Source: Kiritimatiellia bacterium (GTDB taxonomy: Bacteria > Verrucomicrobiota > Kiritimatiellia > SLAD01). Taken from it: a stretch of DNA of 64,000 nucleotides. The position numbers and the translations under genes are program-made. Of the stretch, positions 56,791-64,000 are shown in pieces. Every line of letters starts with the position of its first letter. Within the stretch, counting starts at the first letter, position 1. Location of the stretch: NCBI GenBank assembly GCA_007134735.1, contig SLKG01000004.1:504-64503 (forward strand), in the 5' to 3' direction. The notes beneath the pieces were generated by a model. It was given only the letters and a program-made list of their open reading frames with translations, ran no database searches and had not been told where the DNA came from.

Positions 56791-59007
56791 ATGTCGTTGA
56801 AAATCACGCCGGTTACCCTTGGCAATGCGCGGTTCACCGTCTATTCGCCGGGCTGTGTGCGAATGGAGTATGCAAAGGACGGACAGTTCTCCAACTATCC
56901 GTCCTTGCTTGTTGGAAGCCGGACCGCGCGTTCGGTCAAAGCCGATGTGACCGGTCGAGGCAAGAACCTTCGGATCAAGACCGACGCATTCGAATTGCGA
57001 TACGTCGATAATGGGGAGAACTTCAGTGCTGAAAATCTCCAGATCGTGCATCGCAATCATACGGGGCAGAGGGCGATCTGGACGCCCGCCAAGAAGGATC
57101 AAGGCAATATCGGGACGGTAACCCGCTCTTTGGATTTCTGGAAATGGTGCGGGGGGCCCGAGCGCTTTCCGGTAGAGGGAATCCTGAGTACCGAGGGCGG
57201 CCATTTTCTACCTGATGAACCCCGTGTGTACTGGAATACGCGGCATGCATGGCCCGAAGATCTATCCTCACGGGTGTGGTTTGACGGCTATTTCTTTGCA
57301 TATGGAAATAACTACAAAAGCGCTCTTCAGGATTTTGTGAAGGTATTCGGACGCATCCCCATGGTGCCGCGCTGGACTTTTGGTTTCTGGTATTCCCGCT
57401 GGTATGCGTACACCGACAAGCAATTCATCGAGTTGGCAAAGCGGTATCGGAGGGAGGGGGTACCGATCGATGTCATGATCATTGATACCGACTGGCGAGA
57501 CGGGTGGGGGGGATATGATTGGAGCAGGAACTACTTCCCGGCGCCGGAAAAGGCATTGAAGGCCTTGAAGAAGCTGGGATTGCGCACGTCGTTGAATGAT
57601 CATCCGGGCTATGACCGGTATGACCCCCTGCCGGAAAGCGACCGCCATCTCCCCGCGCTTGCTCAACGATTGGGGCCTTTGCCCCATCAGGGACAGTGGG
57701 CATGTGATTGGTCAAACAAGAACGCGGTGCGCGCGTGGAAAGACGTTCTGCTGGGTCCGTTTTTCAAACAGGGCATGGATTTCTGGTGGATTGACGGTTG
57801 GATCAAGCCGCCGTTTGGAAAACTGGACAGCCAGCTATGGGCCAATCGTCAGTACTATGAGGTGGCGGAGGAACAGACGGGGAAGAGGGGGCTGATTCTC
57901 TCGCGTTGGGGCGGCATTGGATCGCACCGCTACCCGGTTCAATTCTCCGGCGATACCCCGTCCGATTGGAGCGTGCTCCGGAAACAGATCGAGTTCACGG
58001 CGGCGTCGGGAACGTTGGGCGCGATATACTGGTCACACGATATCGGCGGGTTCTTCGAGCGCGGCAAGGTGGACGAAGAACTGTTCATTCGATGGTTCCA
58101 GTTTGGGGCCATGAGTCCGGTGTTCCGGACGCACAGCGATCACGGTATCCGCGAGCCGTGGAAATACGGAGTCCGGGTCCGGCGATTGTTTCGCAAGCAG
58201 ACGCGCATTCGGTACGCCCTGGCGCCCTACCTGTACACCCTGTCACGTGAGGCCCACGATACCGGGTTGCCGATCGTACGCCCGCTGTATCTTGAATATA
58301 ACGACAACGACGGCGGCGCGCTTTATCGCAGACAGCAATACACGATCGGCCGCGACCTGCTCGTCATACCCGCCGACCATCCGGCGGACAAGCGCACCGG
58401 ATTCTGCCGGAAGCGCGTGTATTTTCCGAACGGGACATGGTACGGCCTGGAAACGAACGAGGTGATCTTCGGCATGGACGACCGGTTTATCGACATTCCA
58501 TTGGAGCGGATACCTACCTATGTGCGGGGCGGCGCGATCCTCCCGTGCCAGGCGGTGGGAGAGGCCCTCGGGACAAAGCCCCCGGCGGAGATGCATTTCG
58601 ATTATTATCCCGATCCGTTATGCGCCTCGGTTCATACGTTGTACGAGGATGACGGCGAAAGCATGGAATATCAGCAGGGCCGTTGCGCCCGCACCGTCAT
58701 AACTGCGTCGAGGTCGGAAGAACAGCTGACCTGGCGGATCGACGCCCCGAAGGGAAGCTATACGGGTATGCCGAAACGGCGGACGTATGTCCTGCGCTGT
58801 CGACTGGAAGAGGATGAAGAGGTCTCGGAGGTGCAGGCGCGAATCGGCGGGAAGAAGGTGCGCGCCCTCAAGCATCGGATCACACGTCAAGCGCTTGCCG
58901 GGGCCGTCCGGACACCCTGGCGCTTCTGCGAAGTTCGCGTGGTCAGTCCCAACCGGGTGGTGCGGGTGGATATCCGTCTGAGGGGCGGCCGGAAGCGGGG
59001 CGCATGA
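56791..59007 (+). CDS. GH31-family glycoside hydrolase (alpha-glucosidase/alpha-xylosidase-like)
   Basis: 738 aa. Features are GVPIDVMIIDTDW, FWWIDGW, YWSHDIGGF and IRWFQFGAMSPVFRTH. Confidence 0.8.
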   Translation: MSLKITPVTLGNARFTVYSPGCVRMEYAKDGQFSNYPSLLVGSRTARSVKADVTGRGKNLRIKTDAFELRYVDNGENFSAENLQIVHRNHTGQRAIWTPAKKDQGNIGTVTRSLDFWKWCGGPERFPVEGILSTEGGHFLPDEPRVYWNTRHAWPEDLSSRVWFDGYFFAYGNNYKSALQDFVKVFGRIPMVPRWTFGFWYSRWYAYTDKQFIELAKRYRREGVPIDVMIIDTDWRDGWGGYDWSRNYFPAPEKALKALKKLGLRTSLNDHPGYDRYDPLPESDRHLPALAQRLGPLPHQGQWACDWSNKNAVRAWKDVLLGPFFKQGMDFWWIDGWIKPPFGKLDSQLWANRQYYEVAEEQTGKRGLILSRWGGIGSHRYPVQFSGDTPSDWSVLRKQIEFTAASGTLGAIYWSHDIGGFFERGKVDEELFIRWFQFGAMSPVFRTHSDHGIREPWKYGVRVRRLFRKQTRIRYALAPYLYTLSREAHDTGLPIVRPLYLEYNDNDGGALYRRQQYTIGRDLLVIPADHPADKRTGFCRKRVYFPNGTWYGLETNEVIFGMDDRFIDIPLERIPTYVRGGAILPCQAVGEALGTKPPAEMHFDYYPDPLCASVHTLYEDDGESMEYQQGRCARTVITASRSEEQLTWRIDAPKGSYTGMPKRRTYVLRCRLEEDEEVSEVQARIGGKKVRALKHRITRQALAGAVRTPWRFCEVRVVSPNRVVRVDIRLRGGRKRGA

Positions 59008-59114
59008 CGCCGATCGGGCCGGGCGCCGGTCAATGAGGGGATGAACGATGTGCTTTACCGTGAGGTCAAAGTACCTTATAGACATCAGACACATGGGCTA
59101 AACCGGGGGATATC

Positions 59115-61082
59115 ATGAAAATTGCACTCGTTTGCCTGCTTATTCTCGCGACCGGCCTGGTCCGCGCGGAGGATTCTGTTCCGCTGAGCCGGGTAATTCT
59201 CTTCAACAGCGGGGTGGGGTATTTCGAGCGGGAATCGGTTGTGGATGGCGACGGGCATCTGCGGTTGTCGTTTCCCGTTGATCACGTGAATGATTTCATC
59301 CGGTCCGTTGTGATCATGGACGAAGAACGGGGCATGGCCCAGCTTTCCTATGAATCGCGCGATCCGATTGAGCGCACCCTGAAAGCCTTCTCTATTGACC
59401 TGTCGGAAAACCTTGCGCTGCCTCAACTGCTGGAAGCGATTCGCGGGGCTCCGATACGCCTGATCCTGGCCACGAGAGCCGTGGAAGGCCGGGTGGTGGG
59501 TATTGAGCGCCGCACGCGCCGCGTGGAGGGCGAGCAAATCACGGAACACCGGGTCATGGTGAACACCGATGAAGGAATTCAAACCCTTGCGCTCGATCAC
59601 GTGGACCGTATTGAGTTGTTGGATGAACGGCTGAACGCGGATCTGAACGACGCCCTGAGCGTACTGGCGGAACGGCTGGATCGCCGGAGGCGATCGGTCG
59701 ATCTGCGGTTGACGGGTGAACGCCGGCGCCCGGTCCGGCTCGGGTACATGCTGGAAGCGCCGGTATGGAAGATGAGTTATCGGTTGGTGCTGGACGGTGA
59801 CGACGTGTTTCTGCAGGGCTGGGCGCATGTGGAGAATATGTCGGACGATGACTGGCATGACGTTCGATTGGAACTGGTCTCGGGACGGCCGATCTCGTTT
59901 ATACAAAACCTGTATGATCCGATTTACGTTCGACGGCCGGTTATTGACCCCGCGGCGGACGCGGTCCAGGTTCCCGGGGAACACGAGGCGATACTGCTGG
60001 GCATGGAAGCGATGGAAGCCGAAGCACCCATGGTGATGCGGGGCCTCATGGCGGCTCGCACCGAAGAGCGGCCCACCCGGTTGCGCCGGGCCCTGGACGT
60101 AGAGCCGGCGGCGGAGGCGGCGCCGACGGGTGAACTGTTCTCGTTTACGGTACGTGAGCCGGTCGCGCTTCCGCGGCGTCAATCCGCGATGATCCCGGTA
60201 GTCCAGGAATCCATGGAAGGGGAGACGCTATCCTTGTTCAACCGGGCCTTGAATGATCGTCATCCCCTGAATGCGGTGGACATAAGGAACCGCTCAGGCG
60301 TGTTCCTGATGCGCGGACCCGTAACCGTGTTCGAGGACAACCTGTATGCCGGCGAAGGCTTAATGCCCCATGTGCCCCCGGACGAGCGTCAATTGATCTC
60401 CTACGCGGTGGATTTGGCGATGGAGGTGCAGGTCGAAGAGGATACCCGTCCGCGGAGAATCGAGACCATGAAAATCGTGCACGGTGTGATGCACGTACAG
60501 CACAAGCAGCAGCGGGATTACGTGTATCAGGTTCGGAACAAGCGAGACGGGGAGCGCCTCCTGTTCATCGAACATCCGAAGCGGGAGGGATGGGATATTA
60601 CGGGAACGCAGGACGATCCCGTTGTGACCCGGGACCATTACCGGTTCCGGATGACGGTTCCGGCGGCGGAGAGCCGTCCCTTCGGCATAACGGAGCATCG
60701 GGTAACCCGGGAGACGGTTGAGCTGGTCAGTCTGCCGCACGAACGGGTATTGTATTATATCCGCCGGGACGAGCTGCCCGACCGCGTCCGCGAGGCGATG
60801 GAGGAGGTGGCCCTTCGCCAAGCGGCCATTGTGGACATACGTCGTGAGGCGGGCGATGTGGAAAAGGAAATCGCGGACATCGGGCGTGATCAGGCACGCA
60901 TACGGGATCACATGCGTGTAATCGATCGCGCATCCGACGCCTTCAAACGGTGGCAGCAGCAATTGATCGATCAGGAAGAGTACATACAGGAACGGCACCA
61001 GCGGCTGCGCGCATTGCGCGAGAAGGAGCGCGATCAGCAGGGTCGACTGGAAGCCTTTATTGCGGAATTGAGCGTGGAATGA
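59115..61082 (+). CDS. secreted DUF4139/DUF4140-like protein with C-terminal coiled coil
   Basis: It has a signal peptide. The pattern PVWKMSYRLVLDGDDVFLQGWAHVENMSDDDWHDVRLELVSGRPISF matches my recollection of the DUF4139 (TIGR02231/MuiA-like) signature. The last 90 aa or so are heptad-like and charged. Confidence 0.5.
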   Translation: MKIALVCLLILATGLVRAEDSVPLSRVILFNSGVGYFERESVVDGDGHLRLSFPVDHVNDFIRSVVIMDEERGMAQLSYESRDPIERTLKAFSIDLSENLALPQLLEAIRGAPIRLILATRAVEGRVVGIERRTRRVEGEQITEHRVMVNTDEGIQTLALDHVDRIELLDERLNADLNDALSVLAERLDRRRRSVDLRLTGERRRPVRLGYMLEAPVWKMSYRLVLDGDDVFLQGWAHVENMSDDDWHDVRLELVSGRPISFIQNLYDPIYVRRPVIDPAADAVQVPGEHEAILLGMEAMEAEAPMVMRGLMAARTEERPTRLRRALDVEPAAEAAPTGELFSFTVREPVALPRRQSAMIPVVQESMEGETLSLFNRALNDRHPLNAVDIRNRSGVFLMRGPVTVFEDNLYAGEGLMPHVPPDERQLISYAVDLAMEVQVEEDTRPRRIETMKIVHGVMHVQHKQQRDYVYQVRNKRDGERLLFIEHPKREGWDITGTQDDPVVTRDHYRFRMTVPAAESRPFGITEHRVTRETVELVSLPHERVLYYIRRDELPDRVREAMEEVALRQAAIVDIRREAGDVEKEIADIGRDQARIRDHMRVIDRASDAFKRWQQQLIDQEEYIQERHQRLRALREKERDQQGRLEAFIAELSVE

Positions 61083-61414
61083 AGAAGAGGAATCAACGCA
61101 CGGAAATGGATTTGCTGTACCGGCCGGGCACGGGCAATGTGCTGACCCTGTTGGCGGCCATATCCTTCCAATTCATGATCATCCTGCTTCCCCTGGTGGG
61201 GCCGGCCGGGGCGGTGGCGCCCCATGCCCGGCTGAACCTGATCACTTACCTGGCCGTCCTGTTTCTAACCATGGGATTGAGCGGGGTGGCGTTATATTCC
61301 AAGATGAAGCGGCGACAGGTGGATGCCAGCGGTTTCCCTTACATTTCAGCGGCCCTCCTGGCTGGGACATTTCTCTTTCTTTTTGCCCTGGTTGCCGGCT
61401 TGTTTCGTATTTGA
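61079..61414 (+). CDS. small membrane protein (111 aa, about 3 TM), unknown function
   Basis: The ATG at 61079 overlaps the upstream stop (ATGA). It has hydrophobic segments (VLTLLAAISFQFMIILLPLV, LITYLAVLFLTMGLSGVAL, ISAALLAGTFLFLFALVAGLF). Confidence 0.5.
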   Translation: MKKRNQRTEMDLLYRPGTGNVLTLLAAISFQFMIILLPLVGPAGAVAPHARLNLITYLAVLFLTMGLSGVALYSKMKRRQVDASGFPYISAALLAGTFLFLFALVAGLFRI

Positions 61415-61512
61415 GGACCGTATTTCGCTATTGCCTTAAAGGGGAAACCTGCTAACTTCTATTTTCATACCGAATCGTAACCTTGTTTTTCATGCAGAGA
61501 GGAATATGCAGC

Positions 61513-62796
61513 ATGAATCGGATGATCAAATACCTTGCCGTGGTTGCCGCCCTGACGTGTATCCAGGCGGAACGGTCTGTTGCGTTGGAACCGGAATTCG
61601 ACTTGTTTGAGGAGGCGCCCTGGACCGTTACCCTGGGCCTGGGCCATTATCGTCCGGAAGGGGATCACGTGGTTGAGGACGGTCTGTTTATAGGTTTGCG
61701 CCTGGGGTACAGCCTGGATGCCCAGTGGGAAGTTGAAATGGGACTGGATATAGCGCCGTCCTTGGACAACCGGGAATTCAGTGAGCGTGATACGCGCTAT
61801 TCGCTGGATAACAGTATATGGGTGGTCCGCATGGGGCCGGATATCATCTACCACCTGCGCGCCACGGAATATCTCCGTTTCGATCCGTACCTGCACGGCG
61901 GCGGCGGATTCTATATAAGCGAAAAAAGGATGTTTGACAACAGGATCGAACCGTATCTTTCGGCCGGTATGGGTATGTTTTATCATCTGAACGATGAATG
62001 GGCGATCCGTGGGGATATGCGTGTATCCCTTGTCTCCCGGAAGACGGAATGGACCCTGCTGAGCCTGCTCGGCGTCACCTGGCGGCCGGACGCCCGACCG
62101 CACCCGGAATTCGTATTGAGCGGCGTGTTGGACCTGGATAGCGACGGCGACGGGCTGCCCGATTGGCTGGAGGAGAAAATCGGAACCGACCCCTTCAACC
62201 CGGACACGGACGGCGACGGCCTATCCGACGGCGAGGAATACTGGATTTACTTCACCGATCCGCTCAATCCCGACACCGATTACGACGGGTTGACGGACGG
62301 CGCTGAAGTCCTCGTGTACGGAACCGACCCGTTGAACTGGGATACCGATGGGGGCGGCGTGTCCGACGGCCATGAAGTGATCGAGGACGGCACGGATCCG
62401 CTCGATCCGACAGACGATCTGCAGTTATTCACGCTCAATATTGAGTTTGAATATGACAAGGCGGTTCTCCGGCCGCAGTATTTCGATCAGCTTGATGCCA
62501 TCATCAAGGTGCTTGAACGCGATCCGGAAGCCACGGCGCGCGTGGAGGGACATGCGGACAGGAGGCCGGGATCCGACCATGATTACAATGTGCGTTTGTC
62601 CGAGCGGCGCGCACGCTCGGTGCTGGACTATATCGTGAACGTGGGCGGCATCCGACGGGATCGTCTTGAGTACAAGGGGTACGGTTTTACAAGGCCCATT
62701 GCGCCGAATGACACGGAAGCGAACATGGCAAGAAACCGGCGGACGGAAATCTATATTCGTCCGGGCGACCACCCCTCGCGCCAACCGGTTAAATAA
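61513..62796 (+). CDS. OmpA-family protein: N-terminal beta-barrel-like region, thrombospondin type-3 (Ca-binding) repeats, C-terminal OmpA/peptidoglycan-binding domain
   Basis: It has a signal peptide (MNRMIKYLAVVAALTCIQA). The TSP3 repeats are DSDGDGLPD, DTDGDGLSDGEE, DTDYDGLTDGAE and DTDGGGVSDGHE. The OmpA_C motif is VEGHADRRPGSDHDYNVRLSERRARSV...NRRTEI. Confidence 0.85.
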   Translation: MNRMIKYLAVVAALTCIQAERSVALEPEFDLFEEAPWTVTLGLGHYRPEGDHVVEDGLFIGLRLGYSLDAQWEVEMGLDIAPSLDNREFSERDTRYSLDNSIWVVRMGPDIIYHLRATEYLRFDPYLHGGGGFYISEKRMFDNRIEPYLSAGMGMFYHLNDEWAIRGDMRVSLVSRKTEWTLLSLLGVTWRPDARPHPEFVLSGVLDLDSDGDGLPDWLEEKIGTDPFNPDTDGDGLSDGEEYWIYFTDPLNPDTDYDGLTDGAEVLVYGTDPLNWDTDGGGVSDGHEVIEDGTDPLDPTDDLQLFTLNIEFEYDKAVLRPQYFDQLDAIIKVLERDPEATARVEGHADRRPGSDHDYNVRLSERRARSVLDYIVNVGGIRRDRLEYKGYGFTRPIAPNDTEANMARNRRTEIYIRPGDHPSRQPVK

Positions 62797-62807
62797 TGCC
62801 AAGTTGT

Positions 62808-63482
62808 TTATCGGGTCCGGGCCGCCTTGTCCTCGACGAGGATCTTGGTCGCGGCGGATGTGCCCAGCATGACGCGTCGGCCGGACACGTGAATGGTCAC
62901 GGCATCCGCCTCGGAGTTCCTATCCGTAATCCGTATCGTTACTCCCGGAGTTAAACCGTTCCGTTCAGCGAACTGGAGAAACTTCGAATCCTGGTCCGTA
63001 ATGCGGGATATCCGAAACGACCGTCCAACGGGGCAGTCCGCTATGCTCCGGCATTCCATATCGGGAACCTTGCCCCTGGCCGACGGGATCGGGTCGCCGT
63101 GCGGATCGAACTGCGGTGAATTCAGATAGGCATCGATCTTGTTCAGGACTTTATCCGAAATGGCATGCTCCAAGTCTTCCGCTTCCTCGTGGACTTCCGA
63201 CCAGTCCAGTCCCAGCACGTTCACCAAAAACAATTCCACCAGGCGATGCCTCCGGAGGACATGAAGGGCCAGTTGTTCGCCTCCGCGCGTCAACCGAAGG
63301 CCTGCGCGGGGCTCGTACTCCACGAGTTCCGAATCGGCCAGCGCCTTGACCATCGAGGTCGCCGTGCCGGGCACAACGCCCATCATGGCGGCCAGTTTCC
63401 CGACGGAAACCCGCTCCCCGGAGGTGTTCTGTTGAAGCAGATAGATCTGCTTGATGTAATTCTCCACCGTGCTCGTAGCCAT
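62808..63482 (-). CDS. mntR: DtxR-family metal-dependent transcriptional regulator (MntR/IdeR-like) with C-terminal FeoA/SH3-like domain
   Basis: Features are TVENYIKQIYLL, LTRGGEQLALHVLRRHRLVELFL, HEEAEDLEHAIS and DPHGDPIP. It is divergent from a metal SBP gene. Confidence 0.8.
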   Translation of the reverse strand: MATSTVENYIKQIYLLQQNTSGERVSVGKLAAMMGVVPGTATSMVKALADSELVEYEPRAGLRLTRGGEQLALHVLRRHRLVELFLVNVLGLDWSEVHEEAEDLEHAISDKVLNKIDAYLNSPQFDPHGDPIPSARGKVPDMECRSIADCPVGRSFRISRITDQDSKFLQFAERNGLTPGVTIRITDRNSEADAVTIHVSGRRVMLGTSAATKILVEDKAARTR

Positions 63483-63549
63483 CGGCCTTCCAATCCGTTT
63501 CAGTATTGAGAAACGCTAGACATAGCTCAAACACCGAATATTAGCAAAT

Positions 63550-63565
63550 CAAATATTGATATTTG
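63550..63565. promoter_or_regulatory. inverted repeat CAAATAT-tg-ATATTTG in the AT-rich mntR/SBP divergent spacer (candidate operator)
   Basis: It has perfect 7-nt arms, read directly. It lies in the only strongly AT-rich spacer of the window. Confidence 0.35.
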
Positions 63566-63611
63566 TAATATAATGTATAATAATTTTGAATGCTCAAAAT
63601 ATAGAGGGATT

Positions 63612-64000
63612 ATGAACAGGCGCATACTTGGAATGATATGGGCGGTGGGTTGCGTCGCCGTAGGGATGGGCTGTGAACGGATGACGCATTCGAATGAGAG
63701 GGATGGATCCCATCCATACCACATCGTGACGACCATCGGGCAGATTACCGATATCACGAGGGAAGTGGCGGGGGATCAAGCCGTGGTTACGGGCTTGATG
63801 GGGCCGGGGGTGGACCCACATTTGTATATGCCCACGCGCAGTGATGTGGTGCGCCTGATGGAGGCGGACCTCGTATTCTACTGCGGGCTGCTATTGGAAG
63901 GGAAAATGACCGATATATTGGCCCGGATTGCCCGCACGGGTCGACCGGTATTTGCGGTGACGGAACTGGTCGATGAGTCCCACCTGCTACAACCGGAGGA
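63612..64000 (+). CDS. metal (Mn/Fe/Zn-type, cluster A-I) ABC substrate-binding lipoprotein, N-terminal fragment (3' end outside window)
   Basis: This ORF is not in the supplied track because it runs off the window. My translation is MNRRILGMIWAVGCVAVGMGCE (lipobox-like GMGC) ...IVTTIGQITDITREVAGD...GPGVDPHLYMPTRSDV...ADLVFYCGL, typical of PsaA/MntA/SitA-type SBPs. Confidence 0.75.
   Translation, partial: MNRRILGMIWAVGCVAVGMGCERMTHSNERDGSHPYHIVTTIGQITDITREVAGDQAVVTGLMGPGVDPHLYMPTRSDVVRLMEADLVFYCGLLLEGKMTDILARIARTGRPVFAVTELVDESHLLQPE

Noticed and set aside
59085-60182. 365-aa ORF on the minus strand
   Set aside because: It is antisense to the DUF4139-like gene, Arg/Pro/Gln-rich, and has no domain signature.

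Overview
This is a 64-kb, visibly high-GC chromosomal segment from a diderm (Gram-negative-type) bacterium. Genes are densely packed and mostly housekeeping.

In map order the window holds:
- plsX(partial)-fabH-fabD-fabG-acpP, then maf with an upstream wHTH gene.
- The rod-shape cluster mreB-mreC-mreD-mrdA-rodA-rng.
- A pabB/pabC fusion, fmt, uvrC, a GT9 heptosyltransferase, an OTC-family carbamoyltransferase and a GH13 amylase.
- A TlpA-like protein, then an M50 protease with proA and proB, then glgB.
- A small accessory-looking stretch: secreted PLD/Nuc-like nuclease, tRNA-Tyr, two tandem GIY-YIG modules, a Wzz-like membrane protein and about 1.1 kb of repeat-rich non-coding DNA.
- A MacB/DevABC-like ABC exporter (ATPase, double-FtsX permease, HlyD adaptor), an HExxH membrane protein, rpsT, lptE, a BamD-like TPR protein and serA.
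- A Ton-like cluster: two TPR proteins, exbB, two exbD genes, and a membrane-anchored prenyltransferase-repeat protein.
- An AsmA-like giant protein, cysS and a TVP38/DedA-like protein.
- zur-znuA-znuC-znuB, sufE, a Tat-signal Fe/Mn SOD and a GH31 enzyme.
- A DUF4139-like protein, a small membrane protein, an OmpA protein with TSP3 repeats, and mntR divergent from a partial Mn-type substrate-binding gene.

I found no rRNA, CRISPR array, cas genes, integrase or transposase. The gene content would fit a PVC-group organism, but that is an unverified impression.

Nothing here is a clear-cut novel multi-gene system. The observations most worth follow-up are:
1. A tRNA-Tyr followed by two tandem modules, each made of a tRNA 3' half plus a GIY-YIG ORF that starts 5-6 nt after the CCA end.
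2. The adjacent 1.1-kb non-coding region, built from several repeat families.
3. An ExbB-ExbD-ExbD cluster whose TonB-position gene carries a prenyltransferase/terpene-cyclase-like alpha/alpha-toroid domain instead of a TonB C-terminal domain.

All functional calls come from reading motifs in the supplied translations. No database search was possible.
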